Source: Spirochaetota bacterium (GTDB lineage Bacteria; Spirochaetota; UBA4802; UBA5550). Taken from it: a stretch of 64,000 nt of DNA. A program made the translations under genes and the position numbers. The first letter of the stretch is position 1; each line of letters opens with the position of its first letter. Of the stretch, positions 39,148-48,939 are shown in pieces. The notes below the pieces were generated by a model that saw only the letters and a program-made list of their open reading frames with translations, had not been told where the DNA came from and did no database searches. The stretch covers positions 64,001-128,000 of the forward strand of contig CAXXHB010000002.1 in NCBI GenBank assembly GCA_963664815.2, read 5' to 3'.

Positions 39148-40431
39148 CTAATCACGGATAACCAATCCGCTGTCGGCAAGTGCTCTCTTTTTCCACTCCT
39201 CAACTGCTGCCGCAAGTTGTGTTTGTATTAATTTTTTTTTAATGAAAATCTTTGCCTCGTTATATGAAAGCTGTAACGGTTTTTTTGACTTTGATCCCGG
39301 TCTCTTCATATATTTATTTTTGTTTTTTGAATATTCTTCAAACATATCTTCTTCGGAAACCGTAATTTCTTTTTCACAGAGATACCGTATATATTCATTT
39401 GCTAAAATAAAATCAGTGGATGATTTCATATCCATTATAAATTTTTTATCATTAAGATAACCTTCTATTGCTGCCTCGGATTTGTAGAGCTCATAAAAAT
39501 ACCATTCCCTGGCAAAACCTAAAAGAAATTCTCTGTTTTCAAGAGGTTCCCTGATAATTGCACTAAACACATCACGCTTTTTTTTCAGTTCTTTAAGTGT
39601 ATAATCTTTACCTGAGACCGAGAAGATTACTTCATTCTCTTTATCGGGCAATACAGCAACCTTAAACGAAGCGTTGTTGTTCTTTTCAATTTCAAAAATG
39701 AGTTTAGAATATGCCATTCTTTCTAACATTAAAGATAAACGTTTTTTCTCATCTGGAGATTTTATTTTTTTCTCCAGATTACCAAGTGTGAGTGTTCCTG
39801 TTTCATCAGATATTATAATAGCTGCCATACCACCCGGTAATATTACGGGTTCTTTACTGTATGTTCCTATGGGGAGCGAAAAAGCAGCATTTTCAAATTC
39901 CGGCATTCCGCCCCCTTTAACAATATATAAAGTGCTTGCTTCAACGGCATTCTGCGGATTGGTTGAATAGCTTTTTATTAAGCTGTCAAACTTTGCACCT
40001 TTTTTTAAAAGCTCAATTGTATTCTTCGCTCTCGATAACGCATTTTCTTTAACATCCGGACTGTTTCCTCCACTGAATACTATATGCCTGCACTTGACAT
40101 ATTCCCAAGACAGATTCAGTGAACCGCTGCTTTTATCATTAACAATTTTTTTTAAAAGTGGCCAGCTCTCCCGTTCCAGACGCAGAATAAATATTTCATT
40201 TTTATCAAAGTCACCGGCAAGTGCATCATGCCGTGCAATACCCTCAACAACCAGTGACTCAATTATTGCCTTTTCAAGCTGGGGATTTAGTTTAACCCCC
40301 ATAGCACGCCGCTTCACTTCACCCTTTGTAATAACACCGTATTTGTAATCAGCTACGGTTTTATTGTCCGGTGAACATGATATATTAAATACAAGAAATA
40401 AAAAAAGTAAAAATATGTTAAAAGCTTTCAT
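39148..40431 (-). CDS. Parvulin-type PPIase lipoprotein (PrsA/SurA-like foldase)
   Basis: GGAG SD before ATG 40431; lipobox ISC; RHIVF...GAKFDSL...YS..., MPEFENAAFSLPIG.YS.EPV. Confidence 0.75.
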   Translation of the reverse strand: MKAFNIFLLFLFLVFNISCSPDNKTVADYKYGVITKGEVKRRAMGVKLNPQLEKAIIESLVVEGIARHDALAGDFDKNEIFILRLERESWPLLKKIVNDKSSGSLNLSWEYVKCRHIVFSGGNSPDVKENALSRAKNTIELLKKGAKFDSLIKSYSTNPQNAVEASTLYIVKGGGMPEFENAAFSLPIGTYSKEPVILPGGMAAIIISDETGTLTLGNLEKKIKSPDEKKRLSLMLERMAYSKLIFEIEKNNNASFKVAVLPDKENEVIFSVSGKDYTLKELKKKRDVFSAIIREPLENREFLLGFAREWYFYELYKSEAAIEGYLNDKKFIMDMKSSTDFILANEYIRYLCEKEITVSEEDMFEEYSKNKNKYMKRPGSKSKKPLQLSYNEAKIFIKKKLIQTQLAAAVEEWKKRALADSGLVIRD

Positions 40432-40505
40432 GAATGCTCCTTTTTTAATAAAAAATAAACACATAACAGCTCTATATAACGTCATGTGCTTATATAGTAA
40501 ATTTA

Positions 40506-43500
40506 TTACTGATTCAATTTAGTTGTAACAAACATATCACTAGAACCAGTTAATGATTGGCCATCAAGATTACCGAATGTAGTACCTGTAACATAGCAAG
40601 TTCCACTTAAATCAACTGCTATACCATTCCCTGCAGTTAAAGCATTACTTACACCAATAAGCTTTGTCCACTGTTTTGTGCCGGATGAATCATACTTGGA
40701 AACAAATGCATCATTAGTTCCATTTAACAATTGCCCATCAAGACTACCGGATGTAGAGCCTGTAACATAACAATTGCCACTTAAATCAACTGCAATATCA
40801 TATCCACAAGTACTTGATCCACTCACACCAAGAAGTCTTGTCCATTGTTTCGTCCCTGACGAATCATATTTAACAACGAATATATCATAAAAACCAGTTA
40901 ATATTTGCCCATCAAGATTATTCCCTCTAACCGAACCTGTAATATATAAATATCCATCCGAGCCTTGTTTAATTCCATTTCCCTCCGTTAAACCACTGGA
41001 TCCAAGAAATTTTGTCCACTGTTTTGATCCTGAAGAATTATATTTAGCGACAAACATATCACAAACACCAGTTAATATTTGTCCATCAAGATTACCATAC
41101 GTAAAGCCAGTAACATAAGTATTACCATTTAAATCAACTGCAATATCCTTTCCGACCGTAACTTCACCGCTTGTTCCAAGAAGCCTTGTCCACAGTTTTG
41201 ACCCTGAAGAATCATATTTGACAACGAACATATCTTGAGAACCAGTTAATATTTGCCCATCAAGATTACCAAATGTATATCCTGTAATATAAAAATTTCT
41301 GTCTATGTCTGTGATAATAGCTTTCCCATAAGTGTTTACACCGCTTACTCCAAGAAGTCTTGTCCATTGTTTCACTCCTGACGAATCATATTTGACAACA
41401 AACATATCCCGAGCACCAGTTAATATTTGCCCATCAAGATTACCATACGTACACCCTGTAATATATAAATTACCAATTGAATCAATAGTAACACTAGAAC
41501 AATAAGTTGGTAAACCACTTATTCCATTAAGTCTTGTCCATTGTTTTGTTCCTGAAGAATTATATTTAGTTATATATATATCATTAGTTCCGGATTTCAG
41601 CTGTCCATCTAGATTACCAGTTGTATTTCCCGCAACATATATATTCCCGATTGAATCAACAGCTATACTTGCTCCAAATGTATTTGTACCGCTTACTCCA
41701 AGAAGTCTTGTCCAGGACCACCTTGTATATAAATACATATTCTTTGAAGCAAGTGAAAACGTATCATCTGGAAAATAATTGGTACCGGTTCCATCAACAG
41801 CGGTATTCCAGCATAAAAATGAATCGTAATTCCTTACTAAAACTCCTGTATTGCCCTTAACAGTAACGAGGTCACCAATCTGGTAAATAGTTGAGTCCAC
41901 CGGTGCGCTCCCTCCGGTATTTCCATTCCCGTTATAATTTACAGGAAATTTTGTCCATTTAGCATATAGTATTATATCACTTTTACCCATAATAAAGAAT
42001 GAACCTGCCGGGCGGTCTGAGCCGCTTCCATCTGCCTGAGTATTCCATCCTGCAAAACTATATCCTGTCCTGGCAAGATTTCCCGTATTGCCACTAATTA
42101 CAACCGCATCGCCATAATAGTTGTGTGAAGTTGCAGCTGGTACTGTTCCGCTTTCAGCATTGTTGGCGTTGTAGGTGAGAGCATATGGTTTTAGTACTTT
42201 AAGGGTGAGTGTTTTTGATGGTATAATATTAATACCATCTGAAATTGTCAGTGGAATTGTAACTTCTGTATCATCAGATATAGTTGAAGGTGCAGACCAT
42301 GTTATATCCACAGCAGAAGGATTGCTGACTGTACCGGCAATCGCACTCCAGGCATATGCAATAGAACGTCCATCTGGATTATAAACACTTGCTTTCAAAT
42401 CGATTGCCTCTCCCGGCTCGCAATAAGATTTACCTGTTCCATCAATATCTATCGCTCTAAGAATAGGAGTATTACAATTAACACCATCTTTATAATAATC
42501 AAAACATGGCTGATGATCATATGGTACAATTGCAGAATATGTAGCAGGGGTCATTACAGCTATATATGTCACTGAAGCCAATAAAGAACAATTTGGAAAT
42601 AGGATTATATTTAAAGGATTTGAATAACAAATTCCCAGGGTTTTACCAAACACACTGAATTTTTTGCATTCTATTAAAGGATATTTTTCTATGCAGCTTA
42701 AAAGCATTTCAGCCCAAAGTCTCAAGTCACACCTTTCTTTTATTTTCCCGTATGTTGTATATCCATATCTATAGCAACCATCATGATTTGCGCAAGCACT
42801 AGTGAATGCAAAACCACTGAGTTTATCTGCAAGATATCCACCATAAGATGAACAATTATCACATTTCGTTTTCTTATCAGTTCCGGGAATTTTATCAACT
42901 TCTACTCCATTGATTATTAGAGGAGTTGTGCGAGTGCAGGAATCTCTGTACCAGTCAGGAGCGGGATCTATATCAATTGATTTTGAAATTGCTGTTTTTA
43001 ATGAATCTCTGCATGTAATACATTCTGCGCTTGATTTGTATCGATTCGAGTTTTTATTACCTGAATCTTCATGTTTATCTGATTTATCTATCATATCAAT
43101 CATCTGTTGCTGAACATCAGCGTTCATTTCAAAGGAGTGACCGGTTTTCACTGCTTGTGAATATCCTACACAATAAATGCCGAGATACGATGCATTTATT
43201 GAAAGGGTATGAAGGTTTGTGTCTAATGACGCGTTTGTTTTAATCCATTTACCGGTAAGTGAATTAAAATAATATATATCAAGATTACCCGCATCAAGCA
43301 TCATTTTGTCTACATCGGCCTGTGTTGTAATTCCCTCTGTAATTAGCTCTGTACTACTTTTCTGCAGATTTTCATTAATTTTTGCTAATAATCCGGAATC
43401 ATAATTCATAACCAGTTTAATACTTTTCTTTAATTCAAGATCTTTAGAAGTGAAATCAACAATACTGATAACTTTTATATCGGAAACTAAATCAAGGTAT

Positions 43501-44024
43501 GGCTTTTTATCTTCCGTAACACTGCCATCCATGACACCTTCAACAGCCATAATAGATTCATCCGATGAAAATGAATCGGGAGGAAATGCTATTGTCGCAA
43601 GATTAGTTAACTTGATTGTTCCCCCGGTTCCGGTTGTTATATCGACTTTTGCGCTTCTCGGTCTTTTTATAGATGTTTCATTGCTTAAATTAGAATCTCC
43701 GGCGCTGTTAAATGCATAAATACGATAAGTATAAATGGTCTCATCCGGGAGAGCTTCGGTAAATTCAGTTTTATTCGGTCCAGTCGTTATCAATAAATTA
43801 TAATCCCCTCCGTTAACCGACCGCTCAATTACAAATCCGGATTCATTGTCGGAGTTGTCAGACCATTCGATAGTGACAATACTTTCATCACATTCTTTAA
43901 CACTTAAATCGGTAGGTATAGCCGGCGTATACAAAGCATTACTTCCATCAGAACCACCTCCACCGCAGGAATTTAAAATTATAACAAGAGAAAGGATTAC
44001 TGTAATAAATATTGTTTTTTTCAT
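40506..44024 (-). CDS. Multidomain surface lipoprotein: FN3, prokaryotic phospholipase A2, Ig-like, 2 InlB B-repeats, SBBP beta-propeller
   Basis: Lipobox LNSC; WSDNSDNESGF (FN3); FTSACANHDGCY (PLA2); YNANNA...F.GWNT.ADG.G (B-repeat); about 7 SBBP repeats. Confidence 0.8.
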   Translation of the reverse strand: MKKTIFITVILSLVIILNSCGGGGSDGSNALYTPAIPTDLSVKECDESIVTIEWSDNSDNESGFVIERSVNGGDYNLLITTGPNKTEFTEALPDETIYTYRIYAFNSAGDSNLSNETSIKRPRSAKVDITTGTGGTIKLTNLATIAFPPDSFSSDESIMAVEGVMDGSVTEDKKPYLDLVSDIKVISIVDFTSKDLELKKSIKLVMNYDSGLLAKINENLQKSSTELITEGITTQADVDKMMLDAGNLDIYYFNSLTGKWIKTNASLDTNLHTLSINASYLGIYCVGYSQAVKTGHSFEMNADVQQQMIDMIDKSDKHEDSGNKNSNRYKSSAECITCRDSLKTAISKSIDIDPAPDWYRDSCTRTTPLIINGVEVDKIPGTDKKTKCDNCSSYGGYLADKLSGFAFTSACANHDGCYRYGYTTYGKIKERCDLRLWAEMLLSCIEKYPLIECKKFSVFGKTLGICYSNPLNIILFPNCSLLASVTYIAVMTPATYSAIVPYDHQPCFDYYKDGVNCNTPILRAIDIDGTGKSYCEPGEAIDLKASVYNPDGRSIAYAWSAIAGTVSNPSAVDITWSAPSTISDDTEVTIPLTISDGINIIPSKTLTLKVLKPYALTYNANNAESGTVPAATSHNYYGDAVVISGNTGNLARTGYSFAGWNTQADGSGSDRPAGSFFIMGKSDIILYAKWTKFPVNYNGNGNTGGSAPVDSTIYQIGDLVTVKGNTGVLVRNYDSFLCWNTAVDGTGTNYFPDDTFSLASKNMYLYTRWSWTRLLGVSGTNTFGASIAVDSIGNIYVAGNTTGNLDGQLKSGTNDIYITKYNSSGTKQWTRLNGISGLPTYCSSVTIDSIGNLYITGCTYGNLDGQILTGARDMFVVKYDSSGVKQWTRLLGVSGVNTYGKAIITDIDRNFYITGYTFGNLDGQILTGSQDMFVVKYDSSGSKLWTRLLGTSGEVTVGKDIAVDLNGNTYVTGFTYGNLDGQILTGVCDMFVAKYNSSGSKQWTKFLGSSGLTEGNGIKQGSDGYLYITGSVRGNNLDGQILTGFYDIFVVKYDSSGTKQWTRLLGVSGSSTCGYDIAVDLSGNCYVTGSTSGSLDGQLLNGTNDAFVSKYDSSGTKQWTKLIGVSNALTAGNGIAVDLSGTCYVTGTTFGNLDGQSLTGSSDMFVTTKLNQ
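40510..41720 (-). repeat. Intragenic tandem repeats of about 174 bp (SBBP beta-propeller blades)
   Basis: aatatttg(c/t)ccatcaagatt recurs near 40900, 41072, 41248 and 41421; protein repeat GNLDGQ.LTG..DMFV.KYDSSG.KQWTRLLG. Confidence 0.85.
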
Positions 44025-44192
44025 AAGTGAACACCTTCGCTCCAATAATTATTTTTTACAGAGAATTTATAATATATTTTATTATGCTCTAAACACGTAT
44101 TTGTCGAATGGGTTTTCTGTACAAGCCCGGACTGAAGAATTGTTATCAGAACTGTTCTATATAATTGCTCCATAAATTTATTCACCTTCACA

Positions 44193-45017
44193 TCAGTAAC
44201 TGCACTCCGCACAGTTTATATTATATTTATGCCACAGGTAGCACTCCACCTGCTTAACCTCGGCATCCGTCAGGCCGCGGTCATACATCACAATTTCGGC
44301 TATATACCCATTTATATATGGAGGTGATGAATTAACCGGCGATTTTCCAATAAACATTGTTGTTGACGATGTGCTTGTTATGCTTCGTGACATTACGTTT
44401 TTCACCGTTCCGTCAACCTTGAAGTTTATCATGTCAAGAGTCCCCGGAGTATAAAGACACGACACTATCCTGAATTTCTGCAGGCCGTAATCGCTGTTAA
44501 CGTAATAGTTGTCAGCATCTAAAGGTGTAACAAGAAATGAAAACCTTAGCGATTTATTCAGATTATGGAGTATAAACGGTTTGATATTGTCATCCCTTAC
44601 AAGAGAGAAAATGCCCTGAGATGTCCCCGCTTCTTCCATTCTGAAAACAATAAACGCCGCGAATCCTGCGCTGTTGCTATGTGTAAATACAGTTTTACCG
44701 GCTACTGACATGTAGTTATCGCCGTCAAAATAGACTGCGCTTTTGCCATATATCATCCCGGACTTTAGACGCGGCATGGCAGCCGAAACAGACTGAATAA
44801 CATCATTACCGCTGCCGGACTGGTCGCGCCATATGCTGACGCGGCCCAAATCATCCGTTACAACCCCCTTATCCGCCATAAGCCATACTTTACTACCCGC
44901 AGGTATATTGTAATTATATTCAGAATCATCATAATATGAGCCCCCGCCGGGTGAGCACCCGGCAGCAAGGAAGAACAGGAAAATAAATTTAAGAATATTC
45001 ACTTTCATTATCATCAC
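44193..45017 (-). CDS. Lipoprotein with LamG/concanavalin-like lectin domain
   Basis: Lipobox AAGC; VWLMADKGV...WRDQSG.GND, FDG, G.IAEIVMYDRGL...VECYL..KY. Confidence 0.7.
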   Translation of the reverse strand: MMIMKVNILKFIFLFFLAAGCSPGGGSYYDDSEYNYNIPAGSKVWLMADKGVVTDDLGRVSIWRDQSGSGNDVIQSVSAAMPRLKSGMIYGKSAVYFDGDNYMSVAGKTVFTHSNSAGFAAFIVFRMEEAGTSQGIFSLVRDDNIKPFILHNLNKSLRFSFLVTPLDADNYYVNSDYGLQKFRIVSCLYTPGTLDMINFKVDGTVKNVMSRSITSTSSTTMFIGKSPVNSSPPYINGYIAEIVMYDRGLTDAEVKQVECYLWHKYNINCAECSY

Positions 45018-46564
45018 TGCCTCATAATTATTCCTGCGTAAAACTGGTGCCCCTCCACATTCTTTCCATCACTGTCCAGAGGGACAAAACCGTAATTATA
45101 TTCCGCAAAAATTCCGCTCCATTTAAAAAGCGTACACTCAAAGCCTGCCCCGCCCACAGCTCCATATGATTTATAATTATAGCTTTTATTGCCGCCGGTA
45201 TAGTCCGGCTTCCCCGATGTTGTGATATCCGAATAGAGAAACCGCGGCGATGCGGAGACGTAGAAGTCCCAGTGTTCACCGAGAAAAAGAAAACCGGCAG
45301 AATAACGGATAAAGAGATCGCATGAATACAGACTCATGGTATTTGCCCAGAATAAGGGATTCTCCACCGAGGTAAAAACAATATCATCCTGCCGGAAAAC
45401 CCTGTACATCCCCCTGAAGCCGGCATCAATTCCATGAGAAAAATAATACCTTTTCTTAAACCTCTGCCTCACTGAAAAAATATCAGCGAAAACACCGTAG
45501 CCCATTCCATACCTTTGATTCAGGGTACTGTCCCCAAGGTATGCGGCGCCGCCTCCGACCCTTATTCTCGGAAGTTTTACCGGCAGAAACCCGGCAGGTT
45601 TAAACTCGTCGCTGTCGCCGGACATCAATCCTGATGCGGAGACACTTCTTATAACAAATACATTATCCTCATTGGGATCAATTCCAGATGAGGAATACCT
45701 GATTGTAATCTCTCCTGAAACCGATTCCCCGACAACGCGATACGCATTACCCTGTTTAATAAAAATTCTGTATTTCTCCACAGACCGGCTTGATACCTTG
45801 CCGTTATTCCACTTTATGCTGAGGATATATTCATCTTCATTATCAAGGTATTCGGTTTTATACCACGATACCTCAGGTACCGGAAGTACTGTGCCATCGA
45901 GTTTTACAGTAATTTCATTACTGTATGTCGAAACATCATCTTTCATATCAACCGACCGAACCCTGAAAATGTATTCCGTGCTGTTCTCCGGTTTTTTAAA
46001 TACAAACCCGGTATAGTCCGACGCTCCGGCCGGGGTAAAATCCTTATCGCCTTTTTTTTTAACAATAATCTCAAAACGCTTCACAGCCTGCAGAGGCGAT
46101 TCCCATGAAAGAACAATATTATCACCATCCACCTTTCCGGCAAGGTTTAACGGCATTGTTCCGGATATGTTGAGAATCCTGCTTTTATCCAATTTAAATT
46201 CATCATTTACATTGAGTTTTTTTCTTAACGTTATTGTGTTAACCTCTTCATCTACCTTATATGCCGGGATTAACTCTCCCGAATTGAGCTTTATGTAACT
46301 CTTTTCTCCGGTAAACTTCCAGTAGATAGTCCTTAAAACCTTCCCGGCAGATATAAACTCGGTACCTCCGTCAGGGAGTTTAAGGGTAACACCTTTACCG
46401 GTATCGCTGATTACCCTCCCCTCAATTATAGATCCGTCTTTAAGAAAAACATGTTCGCCATACAGGGGAAGGTTTAAGCATATCAGGACAGAAAGCATGG
46501 CAGGGAGCGCCGGTGAGAATAACCGCGGGATCAGATCAGCAACAGTTTTTTTTATCTTTTTCAT
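45014..46564 (-). CDS. Outer-membrane protein: 2 small LKDG-type domains, 2 FN3, C-terminal beta-barrel
   Basis: Signal peptide; EHVFLKDGSIIEGRV; FN3 (LSW...YIFRVRSVD...S.YS); amphipathic strands GIFAEYNYG...HQFYAGI. Confidence 0.65.
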   Translation of the reverse strand: MKKIKKTVADLIPRLFSPALPAMLSVLICLNLPLYGEHVFLKDGSIIEGRVISDTGKGVTLKLPDGGTEFISAGKVLRTIYWKFTGEKSYIKLNSGELIPAYKVDEEVNTITLRKKLNVNDEFKLDKSRILNISGTMPLNLAGKVDGDNIVLSWESPLQAVKRFEIIVKKKGDKDFTPAGASDYTGFVFKKPENSTEYIFRVRSVDMKDDVSTYSNEITVKLDGTVLPVPEVSWYKTEYLDNEDEYILSIKWNNGKVSSRSVEKYRIFIKQGNAYRVVGESVSGEITIRYSSSGIDPNEDNVFVIRSVSASGLMSGDSDEFKPAGFLPVKLPRIRVGGGAAYLGDSTLNQRYGMGYGVFADIFSVRQRFKKRYYFSHGIDAGFRGMYRVFRQDDIVFTSVENPLFWANTMSLYSCDLFIRYSAGFLFLGEHWDFYVSASPRFLYSDITTSGKPDYTGGNKSYNYKSYGAVGGAGFECTLFKWSGIFAEYNYGFVPLDSDGKNVEGHQFYAGIIMRQ

Positions 46565-46598
46565 TTTTCAATACCATATATATCATCATAGGGAATGG

Positions 46599-46654
46599 TG
46601 CATGGTACAGATGTAGGGTACAGGCATGCCTGTACCCTACATCTGTACCATGCA
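46599..46654. repeat. 56-bp perfect palindrome with GTAG-family REP core
   Basis: tgcatggtacagatGTAGGGTACAGGCATGCCTGTACCCTACatctgtaccatgca is its own reverse complement. Confidence 0.8.
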
Positions 46655-46680
46655 TCACCCCACATCCGTTCCCGCGGCAT

Positions 46681-47058
46681 TTACATCCCCTTCAGCCTTG
46701 CCGTCTTCATCACATGGCCGGCCTTAACATGCATAATGCCGTCTGTTGTAAGAATTGTGAAGGTATCACCGCGTGATTTGATTATACCGTTAATAACCCT
46801 GCCGTTAAACAGTGTTATTACATCAATTTTGCCGTACTTCTCTTTCATACCCTGAAGCGTTGATGGTTCGGCTTCGCTGATTATAGAGACAGTTTTATCC
46901 ATATTCATTTTAATGAGGGAGCTGAGATTATTTGCAGATACAGTTTCACCGGTTACCCTGGCGGGTATTGCAGGCCTGTATTGATAACTGTAATAAAAAA
47001 ATGCAGACAGCAATACAGGAAGAACAGGAAGCATCTTCTTAATTATGCTCTTTTTCAT
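46681..47058 (-). CDS. Small membrane-anchored protein resembling the C-terminus of spirochaetal FecR/LipL45-type proteins (possibly internally deleted)
   Basis: N-terminal TM; C-terminal KYGKIDVITLFNGRVINGII...ILTTDG; GAGG SD. Confidence 0.5.
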   Translation of the reverse strand: MKKSIIKKMLPVLPVLLSAFFYYSYQYRPAIPARVTGETVSANNLSSLIKMNMDKTVSIISEAEPSTLQGMKEKYGKIDVITLFNGRVINGIIKSRGDTFTILTTDGIMHVKAGHVMKTARLKGM

Positions 47059-47471
47059 TGTTTCCTCTTTGCATCACATTACCGGCTGTGGTAATCAGTA
47101 TGAACTGAATTTTTATATATTTTATGAGTCTTAACGCACTTTATCAGTTCAGGTTTCCCATAATAGAATATAAAAAATAAATGTCCACCCCTTTTTGCTC
47201 TTTTCTGGAATTAATTTTCTCTTTTTTATAACCATTAAAGATTGAAGATATTTCAATAAATTATAAATATGGTAATAATGAAGTATTATACAGTGGAATA
47301 CTGAGTACCATATTCCCCCGATACTCCGTAAAAATCGAGAAAGGAAACAAACTTGATATAATCTTTTTTATAATAAAATTTCTTGACTCTGATAGCATTA
47401 ACAATATTATTTAGTGATAACAGAGATTAATCTGACATTTTGAAAAAATGATATATTTGGAGGATGTAAAA

Positions 47472-47858
47472 ATGAAAAATTTTATACTTATGCTGATTCT
47501 TGCCATAGCGGCTATAGGATTTATCGGATGCGGAGAAGATGATAAAACAAAAGCGGATTTAAAATGGAAAAATAATGAGGGAAGTTCAGTTTCAGAAATC
47601 CAATGGATAAACAGCAGCACTGCATCTGTAGATCAGACATGGAGTGGTACTACTGCTAATGGAAGTGAAACTGAATTCAAAGGAATTAAATCACTGGCAG
47701 GGACTGGGGAATGCGTTTCAGGTGGTGTCGGTGCAAAAATATCTTTTGATACTACTAATTCAACCGGAGTATCATCAATAAGTTCAAATTCGGCTGTTGT
47801 TACTGAAAATGCATCTGCTATGCTTATAATATCCGGCACAACACCAGTAAAAAAATAG
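47472..47858 (+). CDS. Small Ser/Thr/Gly-rich lipoprotein
   Basis: GGAGG SD, lipobox FIGC; TTGACT-16-TATTAT promoter at 47383-47410. Confidence 0.7.
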   Translation: MKNFILMLILAIAAIGFIGCGEDDKTKADLKWKNNEGSSVSEIQWINSSTASVDQTWSGTTANGSETEFKGIKSLAGTGECVSGGVGAKISFDTTNSTGVSSISSNSAVVTENASAMLIISGTTPVKK

Positions 47859-47924
47859 TATATAAATATTGCAGGATTATTTAATATAATTACATTAATA
47901 ATACATAAGTAAAAGGATTCCAAT

Positions 47925-48677
47925 TTGAAAAAATTTCTAAGTATAATCATCTTCCTTGTATTAATAAATCCTGCATATAATCAGGAGAAACATCATAAAT
48001 GGCAGAGATTTTCCGGCAACTGGAATATCTCTGATTCTAACGCATCAGAATTGAACGGCTGGACGCTTGTCTGGAATTATTATGAACTCCTCGACTACAA
48101 CACCATTATCACATTACAGCCATTAATAAATTTTAATTCAATAGATGTTAGTGCTGCTATAAATAAACGTGTCAAATCTCCATCCGAATTCATGATTTCA
48201 TTTGCAGTTACAAGTGAATCTCAATCATGGTTTTACCATATGTATGGTTTTAAGTTTACTGGTGGTTTATGGGGAATGGATAAGGTTTCTTTTATATATT
48301 CTGACCGTCTTGACAAAACAAAGCCATTCGATGCCAAAAACAACTTTTTTGTAAAAGAGCTGGCATCTGCTGACTGTAAAATAAAACATGATAAAATATA
48401 CAATTTCCATATTGCATTTGAAGGAGAAAATGTTGTTTTATTTATAAATGACGAGAAGATTCTCTCTGCTCCATTCCCTGATAAAAAATATGACGGCCGC
48501 ATTGCAGTCAGTGCACGAAATGTAAAGATTGCAGTTGATAAAGTAACAGCTAAACAAAATGATAAATTAATCTTCGAAGATGATTTTAACGAAGATTCAA
48601 TTTTTGTGAAAGTGATAAAAGTAAAAAAAGTTCCTGATAATACCAATGATAAAGTTCAGGAAAAAAATAAACCCTGA
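47925..48677 (+). CDS. Secreted protein with ConA/DUF1080-like beta-sandwich
   Basis: Signal peptide; WQRFSGNW, F.GENVVLFINDEKI, GRIAV pattern. Confidence 0.55.
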   Translation: MKKFLSIIIFLVLINPAYNQEKHHKWQRFSGNWNISDSNASELNGWTLVWNYYELLDYNTIITLQPLINFNSIDVSAAINKRVKSPSEFMISFAVTSESQSWFYHMYGFKFTGGLWGMDKVSFIYSDRLDKTKPFDAKNNFFVKELASADCKIKHDKIYNFHIAFEGENVVLFINDEKILSAPFPDKKYDGRIAVSARNVKIAVDKVTAKQNDKLIFEDDFNEDSIFVKVIKVKKVPDNTNDKVQEKNKP

Positions 48678-48704
48678 TAACATTTTAAATTTATCATAAT
48701 TAAT

Positions 48705-48753
48705 GACTCAATCCTTATTGTCGCAGATTATAACATTAAGGGCTGAGTCTTTT
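48705..48753 (+). terminator. Probable intrinsic terminator
   Basis: gactcaatcctta...taagggctgagtc stem followed by tttt, after the stop at 48677. Confidence 0.4.
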
Positions 48754-48939
48754 AAAACACTATCCCCTCATACACCTTTATAAAACCTGCCTCTTATACT
48801 TTTTCATCAGTTTCATTTATAATTGAATCTTTTTTCTCTTTTCCACTATGCAGTACATCCTTTTTACCTAAAATACTTATTGTCATTCAATCCCTTTGTA
48901 TATTTTATACATTAAAGCTGCATTCTTACGGAGAGAAAA

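Noticed and set aside
40510-41720. Regularly spaced DNA repeats as a possible CRISPR array
   Set aside because: About 174-bp period, in frame within a protein (beta-propeller blades); no cas genes.
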